Assembly (NCBI GenBank): GCA_033763315.1
Contig: JANRKS010000032.1
Coordinates: 512,001-576,000, forward strand
Source: Deltaproteobacteria bacterium
Lineage (GTDB): Bacteria > Myxococcota_A > Polyangia > Fen-1088
DNA length: 64,000 nt
Reading direction: 5' to 3'
Shown here piece by piece: positions 1 to 9,097 of this stretch. How positions within the stretch are numbered: position 1 is the first letter of the stretch; each line of letters begins with the position of its first letter. The position numbers were made by a program, and so were the translations under genes. The notes under the pieces are model-generated. The model saw nothing but the letters and a program-made list of their open reading frames with translations, ran no database searches and had not been told where the DNA came from.

Positions 1-2
1 TG

Positions 3-239
3 GCGGGATGTGATGAGGCAGACAAGATCTTCGATTGCCAAAGCGTCTGCGATCGTTACAAGAGCTGTTTCAACAACTCCTACGATGTGGGCGCCTGTCG
101 CGATCGTTGCAAATCGAAGGCTGACGCCGATAAAGACTTCGAGAAGAAGGCGGATGCCTGCGAGTCATGCATCGATGATAGGTCGTGCACATCCGCGACG
201 TTTAATTGCGCGACTGAATGCGCCTCTATCGTTCCCTAA
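3..239 (+). CDS. 3' part of a Cys-rich small lipoprotein (5'-truncated by window edge; not in ORF track)
   Basis: Manual translation from position 3: AGCDEADKIFDCQSVCDRYKSCF...ACRDRCKSK...ACESCIDDRSCTSATFNCATECASIVP*; AGC is lipobox-like; CxxxC spacing. Confidence 0.75.
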   Translation, partial: AGCDEADKIFDCQSVCDRYKSCFNNSYDVGACRDRCKSKADADKDFEKKADACESCIDDRSCTSATFNCATECASIVP

Positions 240-254
240 TTGCGAGGTGACGTG

Positions 255-407
255 ATGCTTTGGACAGTAGCTGTAATCTTGTTGGTCCTTTGGGCCTTAG
301 GCATGGTGACCTCATACACTGTGGGCGGGTTCGTCCACATTCTTTTGGTCGCCGCCGTGATCGTGGTCTTGGTGCGTTTGATTCAGGGCCGCGCACCGTT
401 AAGATGA
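255..407 (+). CDS. lmo0937-family (DUF5670-like) small membrane protein, 50 aa (not in ORF track)
   Basis: MLWTVAVILLVLWALGMVTSYTVGGFVHILLVAAVIVVLVRLIQGRAPLR; SD GAGGTG at 244-249. Confidence 0.85.
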   Translation: MLWTVAVILLVLWALGMVTSYTVGGFVHILLVAAVIVVLVRLIQGRAPLR

Positions 408-420
408 AGAGCCAAAGATG

Positions 421-465
421 AAAGAGAAAGGCCGCCTTGGGAACTCCAAAGCGGCCTTTCTCTTT
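421..465. terminator. Bidirectional intrinsic terminator between convergent genes
   Basis: Perfect 15-bp inverted repeat AAAGAGAAAGGCCGC (421-435) / GCGGCCTTTCTCTTT (451-465). Confidence 0.85.
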
Positions 466-491
466 ACCACCAAGCCGAACAACCAAAGGGC

Positions 492-725
492 TCAGTGACG
501 GCGCCTGCCGCCCATGTGCCCCACGGCCCAGCCCACCATCACCCCGCCTAACAGCGCGCGCCAGGGCATACGAGCCACCCACATGCGCCAGCTTCCGAGG
601 TCTTCGACGTGCGTCTTCAGCAACGTCACCGATTCGGTGAATCGCTTGCGATGAATGTCCACCTCGTCTTCGATTCGCTTAAGTTCCTGGTTCTGTGTCA
701 GAAACAGATTGTCTGCGTCGCTCAT
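492..725 (-). CDS. Small tail-anchored protein (YqjK/DUF3618-like)
   Basis: Coiled-coil N-terminus, PWRALLGGVMVGWAVG TM and basic tail; follows the YqjE-like gene. Confidence 0.6.
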   Translation of the reverse strand: MSDADNLFLTQNQELKRIEDEVDIHRKRFTESVTLLKTHVEDLGSWRMWVARMPWRALLGGVMVGWAVGHMGGRRRH

Positions 726-736
726 CGTTTTCCCCT

Positions 737-1156
737 TTAACGCGCGGTTGAGACCGCTGCCTCAACTTGACGCACGCTTTCGTTCACTGAAGCGCGTGTT
801 TGATCCATGGGAGCGATGTGTTTGAGTTGCGACAGTGTGAGCAAGGCACCAACGATCCCCACCACGGCGTTAGCCGCGGCCACGATTGCTAGCCCCCAGC
901 CCCAACCTAACAAACGCGCCAACCCGGCGGCTGCCGCTGCGCACCCAAACAAATAGGCCACGGCCACAAGGGGAGCAAACAAAGCGAGTTTGGCCGCGCG
1001 TTTAATAAAATTCCGCGCGTCCAAAGTGATCTCGGTTTTGGCCAAACGAATTTGCGCGCCAACCAGATCAACCAGCGACTCCAATGTATGTCGCGTCAGC
1101 GACGCCACCCCAGATTCTTGTTCTCTCATCGCTCTTTCGGACACGGCTAACCTCAC
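737..1156 (-). CDS. YqjE-like 'phage holin family' (holin_3_6/DUF1469) membrane protein
   Basis: LVGAQIRLAKTE motif, two TM helices, P..T..SVNE tail; GTGA overlap with upstream gene. Confidence 0.75.
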   Translation of the reverse strand: MRLAVSERAMREQESGVASLTRHTLESLVDLVGAQIRLAKTEITLDARNFIKRAAKLALFAPLVAVAYLFGCAAAAAGLARLLGWGWGLAIVAAANAVVGIVGALLTLSQLKHIAPMDQTRASVNESVRQVEAAVSTAR

Positions 1157-1425
1157 TCTGTGGCAGGTTCGCGTTGGCGTCCGTTCTGCGCGAACAGCTG
1201 TCCGCCCAGCTCCATGCCCCCACGAACAATCACGGGCAACGACACCGCTCGCAACGCAAAGCGCGTGGCCGTTCCCAACACGCGTGCGGTCAAGCTGGAA
1301 AACAATCCGCCGCCCAGCACGTAACCAACGCCCACGCCGATCAGCGTTGTGCGAATGGGGTTCTCTTCAACCTCCTTGCGCACGTATTGCTGAACTTCAT
1401 CCCATGTCTTGCGCGGTGAATTCAT
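1153..1425 (-). CDS. Small ElaB-like membrane protein
   Basis: MNSPRKTWDEVQQYVRKEVEENPIRTTLIGVGVGYVLGGGL; ATG 1425 chosen to avoid overlap with the upstream gene. Confidence 0.6.
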   Translation of the reverse strand: MNSPRKTWDEVQQYVRKEVEENPIRTTLIGVGVGYVLGGGLFSSLTARVLGTATRFALRAVSLPVIVRGGMELGGQLFAQNGRQREPATE

Positions 1426-1462
1426 CAAGGCGGTGCTCCCTCGCTTGCCCTTGCCAACTTGC

Positions 1463-1690
1463 TCACGCATAGCGGGCCACCTTTGCCAAAAGGAAACCAA
1501 CGGCAAACGCACCAATCAAGCAGGTGCCTGGCTTTTCCCGGATGAGCGTCTCAGCCTTGGCCTTCCAATCGTTGGCAACGTCACGGGCTTCTTCCATGCG
1601 CTTTGGGAAGTCTTCCGCAAAAGACTGCACGGTCTCCGTGGCCTCTTTGACCTTGTCGCCAACTGAATTCTTTGTTTCGTTAAATCCCAT
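1463..1690 (-). CDS. ElaB/YqjD/DUF883-family tail-anchored protein
   Basis: Charged helix then LIREKPGTCLIGAFAVGFLLAKVAR; SD AAGGA. Confidence 0.8.
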   Translation of the reverse strand: MGFNETKNSVGDKVKEATETVQSFAEDFPKRMEEARDVANDWKAKAETLIREKPGTCLIGAFAVGFLLAKVARYA

Positions 1691-1724
1691 GGTGTTCCTT
1701 TCGTGAGTTGCAAGCGAACACCGC

Positions 1725-1740
1725 TACAAGACCTGTGCCA
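1725..1740 (-). promoter_or_regulatory. sigma54-type -24/-12 element (ElaB-like operon)
   Basis: Minus strand TGGCAC-AGGTC-TTGTA. Confidence 0.65.
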
Positions 1741-1870
1741 AGCGCGGGCGGGCGGGCGCAGCCCCAACGCGTCCCGCCGTGGTTACCAGGATGAACCGTT
1801 GCGCTGTGGTGGTTACACTCCGCGCTCGCTATATGCTCTGCGAAAGTCGCCGGCCCTTTATGGAGCTTGG

Positions 1871-1886
1871 TGGCCTGTAACGTGCA
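1871..1886 (+). promoter_or_regulatory. sigma54-type element (AI-2E pair)
   Basis: TGGCCT-GTAAC-GTGCA, GG-N10-GC spacing. Confidence 0.6.
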
Positions 1887-1899
1887 TTGTAGGTAACCA

Positions 1900-3120
1900 G
1901 TGGCCAGTTGGAAATTTGCTTGGGTAACGTGGCGACGAACACTGCTTTTGCTGCTGATCTTGCTGTCTGGAATAGGCATCGCGTGGCTGTTGGTGCTCTC
2001 CGCCCAAATGCTGTTGGCGGTGTTCCTGGGCCTCATCCTTGCCGTCGCCATCCGGCCGGTGACTGAACTGCTCACCAAGGCCGGCTTGTCGCGCGCGTTG
2101 GCCACGGGCGCCGTATTTTTGGTTTTGGGAGCGGCTTTGGTCTTTGCCGTGGTGTTGGCGATGCCGTTGGTAGAAGCGCAGGCCGAATCATTTTGGGCCT
2201 CGGCGCCGGCTGCCTGCAGACGCACCGCCACGTGGCTTCCCACCAGTCTCTTGGGCGAAAGCCGCATTCATGAGGTGGCCACGGCTTGTACAGCGCTTGT
2301 CAGGCGCAAAAACGCGCCTTCACAGGTTGCGGTGTCGTATCTTGCCACGCTGCCTCATGTGGCTTGGACGTTGACCATCATCCTCGGCGTGGCGTTTGTG
2401 TGGACGCGCGATCGAGAGAACCTCCTTCGTTCGTTCACGATGTTCGCCAACGAGTCGCGCCGGGACGCGTGGCGCACGTTTTGTGAGCTGGTGGAGGCCC
2501 GTTTGGGTGCCTTCTTACGTGCCCAGTTGGCGCTGTCGGGTCTCGTGGCGGTGGTCGTGGGCGCTTTCTGTTGGTCGCTCGGCATTCCCAATGTGCTGCT
2601 GGTGATGGCGTTGGCGGCGGTGGGCGAGGCGTTTCCCGTCGTTGGGCCTTTGGTGGTGGGCGGGTTGATGTTGGCGTCGGTGGTGGGGCCGCAGCCGCAC
2701 CTGGTGGTGGCGGTGATTGTGTTCTGCGTGGTGCTGCGCGGCTTTGTGGATTATCTCTTCATGCCGCTGTTGGTTCGACGCACGGCCGACGTAAACCCCT
2801 TGCTGCTGTTGCTATGCATCTTGGGTTTGGGCGCGGCCAGTGGGTTTTTAGGCGTGGCTGCGGCCGCTCCCGCGGCGGCGATCATTCAACTGGTGTTGTC
2901 ATTGTCGATGGAAACCACGCGCAGCACAAAGGAGGGCGGCGATCGCGGTCATTGGGCGGTGCTTGGCTACCAAGCGCACGTCACGGCGCTGTCAGCCCGC
3001 CGTCTAGGGCGCGATCGTATTGCGAAAGGCCAAGAAGCCTCGCTTGAGGACGCGTTGGAATCGCTGGCCATGGACCTCCGTAAGGATGTGGCGGCGCGGG
3101 CGGAAGGGATCCGGTCGTGA
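1900..3120 (+). CDS. AI-2E (PerM) family transporter
   Basis: Multi-TM; LAVAIRPV, LGAFLRAQL, GEAFPVVGP, YLFMPLLV motifs. Confidence 0.8.
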   Translation: MASWKFAWVTWRRTLLLLLILLSGIGIAWLLVLSAQMLLAVFLGLILAVAIRPVTELLTKAGLSRALATGAVFLVLGAALVFAVVLAMPLVEAQAESFWASAPAACRRTATWLPTSLLGESRIHEVATACTALVRRKNAPSQVAVSYLATLPHVAWTLTIILGVAFVWTRDRENLLRSFTMFANESRRDAWRTFCELVEARLGAFLRAQLALSGLVAVVVGAFCWSLGIPNVLLVMALAAVGEAFPVVGPLVVGGLMLASVVGPQPHLVVAVIVFCVVLRGFVDYLFMPLLVRRTADVNPLLLLLCILGLGAASGFLGVAAAAPAAAIIQLVLSLSMETTRSTKEGGDRGHWAVLGYQAHVTALSARRLGRDRIAKGQEASLEDALESLAMDLRKDVAARAEGIRS

Positions 3121-4244
3121 AGGCCACGCTCCAGTCAGTGATGGTTGTGGCGTTAACGCTTTCGGGGTTGATGCTGCTTTACGCGCTTTTGCCGCTGCTG
3201 GTGACGTGTTTGGTGGCCCTTGCCTTGGCGTCCACAGCGGAGACGATCGTGCGAGGCTGGACGCGCCGAGGCGTGGGGCGCGGCCTGGCGGTCCTTATGA
3301 CGTATGTTTTGGGCATCGCCGTCGTGGCTCTGCTGGCGGTGGCGATTGTGCCAACGTTAAGCGCGGAGCTGTCCGCGTTGGCCAAAAACGCCGTTCCGCT
3401 TTATGCCGACTTTGTGAATGATTGGCATGCACGGGGCGGGCTGTTGGCGCTTATCGCAACGGCGCTGCCTGGCAAGCTCGTCGTGGAGCAGGCGTTGGCG
3501 TTTCACTGGCAAGACGTATTTAAAAGCCTGCTGTTGTTTGGTGAATCCACGGCTTCGGCGGTGGTGGTGCTGGTGCTGGCGGTCTACTGGTCGATTCACC
3601 GCGCACACTTAACGGCCGCCGTGCATGGTTTGTGGCCCGCGCAACACCGGGCCATCGTGCGCAGGACTTTGGGGCAGGTGGAGGTGGCCTTGGGCTTTCA
3701 CGTCGTGGTCGAGGCCGTCGCTTCGCTGATTACATTGACCATGGTGTTCTCGGTTGCCGCCGCTCAAGGGCTGCATTACCCGGTGTTGCTGAGCGTGGCG
3801 GTCGCCTTGCTGCGCTTGATTCCGTTTTTGGGGCCACCGTTGTGCATCGTGTGCGGCATCGTCGCTGGCCAAGGGGCAAATTCCACGGCGGCCATCGTTT
3901 CGCCGTTGGCCATCTTGGCCATTGAACGTTTGTCCAATGCACTGGCCAATAACATGCTGGGGCACCGCAAACACAACGCTTTCCTCGTGTTGATCCTCTG
4001 CGTGGCGGCCGTTCGCCTTGAGGGTTGGGTTGGCCTGCTGATGGCGCCCGCCCTGGCCAGCGTTGTAGAGGTGATGGCCGCTTTGTGGCGCACGCCGAAG
4101 CACAACCTGCTTGAAGGGGAAACGTTATCACAGCGGCTTGAGGCTCTGGAGGCGGCCGTGGAACGCGAAGGCGGAGCGCGCGCACGCAAACTGGCGCCGC
4201 TTGTCAGCCGTTTGTCCTCGTTGATCAGCCTGCAAAGAGACTGA
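3117..4244 (+). CDS. AI-2E family transporter (divergent paralog)
   Basis: Multi-TM; LRLIPFLGP, GWVGLLMAPALA; GTGA overlap. Confidence 0.75.
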   Translation: MKATLQSVMVVALTLSGLMLLYALLPLLVTCLVALALASTAETIVRGWTRRGVGRGLAVLMTYVLGIAVVALLAVAIVPTLSAELSALAKNAVPLYADFVNDWHARGGLLALIATALPGKLVVEQALAFHWQDVFKSLLLFGESTASAVVVLVLAVYWSIHRAHLTAAVHGLWPAQHRAIVRRTLGQVEVALGFHVVVEAVASLITLTMVFSVAAAQGLHYPVLLSVAVALLRLIPFLGPPLCIVCGIVAGQGANSTAAIVSPLAILAIERLSNALANNMLGHRKHNAFLVLILCVAAVRLEGWVGLLMAPALASVVEVMAALWRTPKHNLLEGETLSQRLEALEAAVEREGGARARKLAPLVSRLSSLISLQRD

Positions 4245-5382
4245 TGCGGTTCGCGATTGCGGAGAACCACGCCCGCGCGTGCGTTTGAACCGATTCCCAC
4301 CGCACATCGAAGCGGCTCAAAAGCACCCAACTCGTGATGGCACCCACGGCCAATCCCAAAATGGCCAGGCCGAACCCATTCCAAAGCGACGCGCGGCGCG
4401 AGCGCACGTTCACCGTTGTCTCGAAACTGCGCTGCGGGCCAATGCGGATCGCGCGAATGGACTCCATCGGCTCCAACGACGTGGCCGTGAGATCGACAGA
4501 CGCGTTGATTGCGTCTTCCAGAGCTTGGGCGAACGCCATAACCGTGGCATAGCGATCGTCGGGCAATTTCGACAACGCCCGCGAAATAACGCTGGCCACC
4601 GATTGCGGCACCGAGGCCGGAAAAGGTCGGATGGGGCTGTTCACCACGGCGTAAAGCACGGCCACTGGCGTTTGCGCGTCGAACGGCAGGTCACCGGTTA
4701 AAAGCAAGTAGGCCATGATCGCCAGCGAGAACTGATCCGAGCGACCGTCGATCTCGCGCTGCCCTTGGGCTTGCTCTGGTGACATGAAGTGCGGGGTTCC
4801 CATGAGAACTTCATGCGCCGTCACACGCGAGGTTTTGTGGCTGATCGAAATGCCGAAGTCGATGACCTTAACAAAGTTGTCCTGGCCGGGGGCGCTGATC
4901 AGCACCACGTTCTCAGGCTTAAGATCTCTGTGCACAATACCCACGTCGTGCGCCGCTTGCAGAGCCGAAGCCACTTGCTTGATGATGCGCGCCGTGCGTC
5001 GGGGGCCAAAAGGCTTGCGTGGTTCAACGAACACGCTGAGATCTTCGCCGTCCAGATACTCCATCACCAAATAGGGAGCACCGGAGGGCGTGAAGTTAAA
5101 GTCGATGACCTGAACAACGTTCGGGTGTCGTAAAGTGGCGAGAATCTCAGCTTCGCGACGAAAGCGCGCGTAGTTCTCGTCTGAGTTATTCAACTCTTTG
5201 GTCAACACCTTGGCCACGTAGTGACCAGGCAAACGCGTGTGTCGGCAAAGATAAACCTCTCCCATGCCACCCACCGCCAGCCGGCGCTTGACGCGATAAG
5301 AGCCACCCAACACTTCGCCGGGGCCGAACGTCCAGTCCGGCTCCTTCGGTGTTTCGTGTTTCGTCTGCTGCTTGGAGGCCAT
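4225..5382 (-). CDS. Hanks-type Ser/Thr protein kinase with C-terminal TM
   Basis: GGMGEVY, VAK, HRDLKPEN, DFG, GTPHFMSPEQ. Confidence 0.95.
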   Translation of the reverse strand: MASKQQTKHETPKEPDWTFGPGEVLGGSYRVKRRLAVGGMGEVYLCRHTRLPGHYVAKVLTKELNNSDENYARFRREAEILATLRHPNVVQVIDFNFTPSGAPYLVMEYLDGEDLSVFVEPRKPFGPRRTARIIKQVASALQAAHDVGIVHRDLKPENVVLISAPGQDNFVKVIDFGISISHKTSRVTAHEVLMGTPHFMSPEQAQGQREIDGRSDQFSLAIMAYLLLTGDLPFDAQTPVAVLYAVVNSPIRPFPASVPQSVASVISRALSKLPDDRYATVMAFAQALEDAINASVDLTATSLEPMESIRAIRIGPQRSFETTVNVRSRRASLWNGFGLAILGLAVGAITSWVLLSRFDVRWESVQTHARAWFSAIANRISLFAG

Positions 5383-5555
5383 CACAACTCAACCTCTTCA
5401 GCAGTCACAGGGTGTTTCGGGCGCACCACCAGGCTCGCGCACGCCGTTGCCACCGCAACGGCTAAGAAGGCGTGAACAAACCCGTGGAACGCATGCGATG
5501 ACAGCACCGCAACAACCCAGATTGTGAACATAACCGCGCTAATGGCCCACGACAT
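5382..5555 (-). CDS. Divergent lmo0937-like small membrane protein, 57 aa (not in ORF track)
   Basis: MSWAISAVMFTIWVVAVLSSHAFHGFVHAFLAVAVATACASLVVRPKHPVTAEEVEL; SD GAGGA; TGATG coupling to kinase. Confidence 0.7.
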   Translation of the reverse strand: MSWAISAVMFTIWVVAVLSSHAFHGFVHAFLAVAVATACASLVVRPKHPVTAEEVEL

Positions 5556-5581
5556 GTGAAAGATTCCTCAATCGTGGGTGA

Positions 5582-5597
5582 TACAAGAACGAGGCCA
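5582..5597 (-). promoter_or_regulatory. sigma54-type element (small protein-kinase operon)
   Basis: Minus strand TGGCCT-CGTTC-TTGTA. Confidence 0.6.
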
Positions 5598-5678
5598 ATC
5601 ACAAAGGGGCGCTTTTTGCCCGGAATAATGAAGGATTTTGGCCCTTGCCACTACGCCAGTTACCAGCCCGTGCCAGCG

Positions 5679-7088
5679 CTAGCGAAGCTTTTCCCACAGT
5701 GTTTTGCGGGCGATGCCGAGCAGGTCAGCGGCCTTGGCGCGCTTGCCGCCGGTGGCGGTCAACGCACGGCCCAGGTATTCACGCTCGAATTCACGAACAG
5801 CCACAGCCAACGGTTTTAGTTCTCCCGAGGCGCCTTCCACGGCGGCAAACTGCGCTGAACGCGGTCGCACGGCTTCAGTGATGCTCACGGGCAGGTGATT
5901 GAAATCAATCGTCTGTCCGCCAGCGAGCACCGTCGCGTGTTCGATGGCATGTTGGAACTCACGCACGTTGCCAGGAAACTCGTATTGCTTTAGAGCCATC
6001 CACGCCGCCGGCGTCAACGTTGGCAACTCGGAGCCGGGCGGCTTAAAGCGCTCGAGCAAGTGTCGCAACAGCAGCGGCATGTCGCCGGGACGTTCGCGCA
6101 ACGGTGGCAACGGAATCTCGATGACGTTGATCCGGTAGAATAAGTCTTCGCGGAACGCGCCGGTCTTGGTCAGATCGCGCAGCGTACGGTGCGTGGCAGA
6201 AACGATTCGCACGTCCACCTTCACGGTGATGTTCGTGCCCAAGGGTTCAAACGTTCCTTCCTGTAGCACGCGCAACAGTTTTGCTTGTGCATGCAAAGGC
6301 AACTCACCGATTTCGTCCAAGAACAGCGTTCCACCATCGGCGGCTTTGAATCGCCCATCACGCTTCTTGACGGCGCCCGTAAATGCGCCACGTTCGTGGC
6401 CGAACAACTCAGCTTCGATCAGGTTCTCAGCCAGCGCGCCGCAGTTAACGGCGACGAACGGCCCCTTTGAACGCGGGGAACCTTCGTGGATCATGCGCGC
6501 CACAAGTTCTTTGCCGGTGCCGCTTTCGCCCGTGATGAGGACGGGGGCATCGCTTTGCGACACCATGCGTACCATCTCCTTCACGCGGCGGATGGGGGGC
6601 GACTCACCGACCAACGTGGTGCCGCCCGTCACCTGACCGGTGGCCAGTTGCGACCGGATCTGTTCAAGTTCGGACTTGAGTCCCAGGTGTTCGCTGATAT
6701 GCGTCAGCTGAATGAGAAGTTCTTCGATGTCGAAGGGCTTGGTCAGATAGTCGTAGGCGCCTTCCTTGAGGGCAGCCACGGCGTCAGTGACCTGGCCATA
6801 AGCCGTCATCATGATGACCTTCGTTTGAGGGGATTCACTACGCACGTGTCTTAGAAGCGATAGCCCCTCAACTTTGGGCAGTCTCACATCGGTAATCACA
6901 ACGTCGAAGACATTGTGTTCCAGTTGCCCGAGGGCCTCAGACCCATCGGCAGCCGTTTCGACCACGTATCCTGCTTCTCGCAGAGCGTCCTCAAGGACAC
7001 CTCGTAACTCAGGTTCGTCGTCAACCAATAGGATTCGCAATGATTTCCCCTGCGCTTCGGCGGGTTGAGAGAGTTTTGCTTGGGTCAT
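5679..7088 (-). CDS. sigma54-dependent response regulator (NtrC/AtoC-type enhancer-binding protein)
   Basis: REC (ILLVDDE...DVRLP...YLTKPF), GESGTGKE, GAFTGA, FPGNVRE, Fis-type HTH; ATG 7088. Confidence 0.95.
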   Translation of the reverse strand: MTQAKLSQPAEAQGKSLRILLVDDEPELRGVLEDALREAGYVVETAADGSEALGQLEHNVFDVVITDVRLPKVEGLSLLRHVRSESPQTKVIMMTAYGQVTDAVAALKEGAYDYLTKPFDIEELLIQLTHISEHLGLKSELEQIRSQLATGQVTGGTTLVGESPPIRRVKEMVRMVSQSDAPVLITGESGTGKELVARMIHEGSPRSKGPFVAVNCGALAENLIEAELFGHERGAFTGAVKKRDGRFKAADGGTLFLDEIGELPLHAQAKLLRVLQEGTFEPLGTNITVKVDVRIVSATHRTLRDLTKTGAFREDLFYRINVIEIPLPPLRERPGDMPLLLRHLLERFKPPGSELPTLTPAAWMALKQYEFPGNVREFQHAIEHATVLAGGQTIDFNHLPVSITEAVRPRSAQFAAVEGASGELKPLAVAVREFEREYLGRALTATGGKRAKAADLLGIARKTLWEKLR

Positions 7089-7180
7089 TCTGTCGGCCTC
7101 GATGATACTTTTCGGTAACGCCAGGTACCGATGTGGTAACACTCTGAATCCGTTCCGGCGCGTTTGCCGGCGATTTCTCC

Positions 7181-7196
7181 TGGCACACCGCTTGTA
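7181..7196 (+). promoter_or_regulatory. sigma54-type element (CHASE kinase)
   Basis: TGGCAC-ACCGC-TTGTA. Confidence 0.6.
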
Positions 7197-7198
7197 AC

Positions 7199-7214
7199 TA
7201 CAAGAACCGTGCCT
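7199..7214 (-). promoter_or_regulatory. sigma54-type element (activator gene), face-to-face with the previous element
   Basis: Minus strand AGGCAC-GGTTC-TTGTA. Confidence 0.55.
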
Positions 7215-7259
7215 TTTTTCTCCCACTCCCACGTCGATGACGTCGCGCATGAGGAACGC

Positions 7260-9050
7260 GTGCCGCGTATCAGTTCCATCCGGCGTGGCCTTCTGCGTGA
7301 GACATGGCTGGCGTACGTGGTGTTTGCCGCCGCGCTTTTGATCACCGTACTTTTGACCAGCGCGTTTTTGAAGGGCGAGCAGGAGCGCCAGGCCTTGGAG
7401 GCACAGAAGCAGGCCATCGACGTTCAGAACCGCTTCGCGACGAGGATGGGTCGCAATATGACAGCGCTCGTCGGCGGCGCGGCGTTGTTTGGTGTGGATG
7501 CCCGTTTGACGCCCGCGGAATTCAGAAATTTCGCTCGCAGTTTGCAGCGCTTCGGCGCCCTTGATGGCGTTCTCGCGTTGGGCTTTTGCCCCCGCGTGAC
7601 GGCGCAAGAGCTGCCGGGGTATTGGGCAACCGTCAAACAGCGCGTGCCCGGCTTTCACGTGTGGCCCGAGGACGCTCGCGATGAGTACTTCCCTGTTGAG
7701 CTCATCGAACCGTTGACGGAGCAGAACCGTAAAGTGATTGGCTACAACATGCACGCCGAAGCCGTGCGCAAAGCAGCCGTGGAGTTCGCCAGAAAGCATG
7801 GTGAGCCCGCCGCTTCGGGACGCTTGTCGCTGTTGCAAGATCAAGGCAAACAGGGCCGCTTCGGCTTCGTAATCTATGTGCCCATTTATCAGCGCGGCGT
7901 AGAGCCGGGCTCTGCCGACGAGCGTGGCGCCGGGCTGGTGGGGTTCATCTTTGCGGCCTACCGGGCGGATGATCTTGTTGCTTGGATCCTATCCGCTGCC
8001 GAGCGCGCCACTTTCGCCGTGCAGTTGTTCACGGGGCCGAGGGACGCCGCCGAAGCGCTTTACCAAAGCCCTTTGCCTGAAGGCAGCGAGCTGATTTCAA
8101 GCCGCTCACTCGGAGTGGGCGGGCGCGATCTAACCTTGAGCCTTTACCTTAAACCACACGCGGTCTCTGCTTGGGATTCGGAGTTGATCGTCAGCGCTGC
8201 GTTGGGCGTCATCGTTAGCTTGCTGTTATTCTTGGTGCTGCGAACTCAAGTGCAGGCTCGGCTCAAGGCTGTCACAAACGCGGCTCATCTGCGCGAAGCG
8301 CGAGCGACGGCCGTGCGCAACTTGCGCGCGCGTGAAACCTTTCTGTCTGTGGCGTCGCATGAATTGAAGACGCCTTTGACCGCGTTGCAGCTGCAGGTTG
8401 ATTCGCTCGCCATGTCCTTGGCGAACGCTGCGCCCGTGGACCTTGATCGACTGCGCGCTCGCGCCGACAACATTGGCCGCCAAACAAAAAGGTTGGGGTC
8501 ACTGGTTGAGGATCTGCTGGATGTCTCGCAGGTCAGCGCCTCACCCCTATCGCTGCAGTTGGAGAACACAAGCCTTGTACCACTGATTCAAGACGTCATA
8601 GATTCATTCGCTACGGCGGCGAAGCAAGCGCACAGCGAGGTGCGGTTCGAGGCCGATGACGATGCCTTGTCCGGTATGTGGGACCGGCGACGGTTGCAGA
8701 AGGTGATCTCGACCCTGGTGTCGAACGCCATCAAATACGGTTGTGGACGTCCCATCGTGCTGACTGCCAAGCGAGAAGACGCGAACGCAGTGATCACTGT
8801 GAGCGACCATGGCATCGGCATCGCGCAAGCGGATCAAGAGCGCATCTTCGGCCGGTTTGAACGGGCCGTTTCGCCAAAGCACTTCGGCGGCATGGGCCTC
8901 GGCCTTTGGATTGCTCGCGCGATTGTGGAATCCATGGGCGGAACGATTCGCGTGGCCAGCTCACCCGGCGCGGGCGCCACCTTTGTGGTTTCGTTACCAG
9001 CAGCCTCGGCCGATTTGCAGGCCTCAGGCGATGCGATGGGCGCCGCGTAA
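7260..9050 (+). CDS. CHASE-domain sensor histidine kinase
   Basis: TM-CHASE (IEPL..N..VIGYNM, GFVIYVPIY)-TM, SHELKTPL, NAIKY, DHGIGI, GMGLGL; GTG 7260 after GAGGA (start uncertain). Confidence 0.9.
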   Translation: MPRISSIRRGLLRETWLAYVVFAAALLITVLLTSAFLKGEQERQALEAQKQAIDVQNRFATRMGRNMTALVGGAALFGVDARLTPAEFRNFARSLQRFGALDGVLALGFCPRVTAQELPGYWATVKQRVPGFHVWPEDARDEYFPVELIEPLTEQNRKVIGYNMHAEAVRKAAVEFARKHGEPAASGRLSLLQDQGKQGRFGFVIYVPIYQRGVEPGSADERGAGLVGFIFAAYRADDLVAWILSAAERATFAVQLFTGPRDAAEALYQSPLPEGSELISSRSLGVGGRDLTLSLYLKPHAVSAWDSELIVSAALGVIVSLLLFLVLRTQVQARLKAVTNAAHLREARATAVRNLRARETFLSVASHELKTPLTALQLQVDSLAMSLANAAPVDLDRLRARADNIGRQTKRLGSLVEDLLDVSQVSASPLSLQLENTSLVPLIQDVIDSFATAAKQAHSEVRFEADDDALSGMWDRRRLQKVISTLVSNAIKYGCGRPIVLTAKREDANAVITVSDHGIGIAQADQERIFGRFERAVSPKHFGGMGLGLWIARAIVESMGGTIRVASSPGAGATFVVSLPAASADLQASGDAMGAA

Positions 9051-9097
9051 GCAGCGCCCATCGTGGTCGCGGTCGTTCTTAGCGTATCTTAAGGCTT

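Noticed and set aside
737-1156. Holin as evidence of a prophage
   Set aside because: No phage genes nearby; context matches the cellular yqjDEK-type operon
7089-7844. N-terminal extension of the 721-aa ORF 5679..7844
   Set aside because: Antisense shadow of the CHASE kinase; the REC domain starts just after ATG 7088
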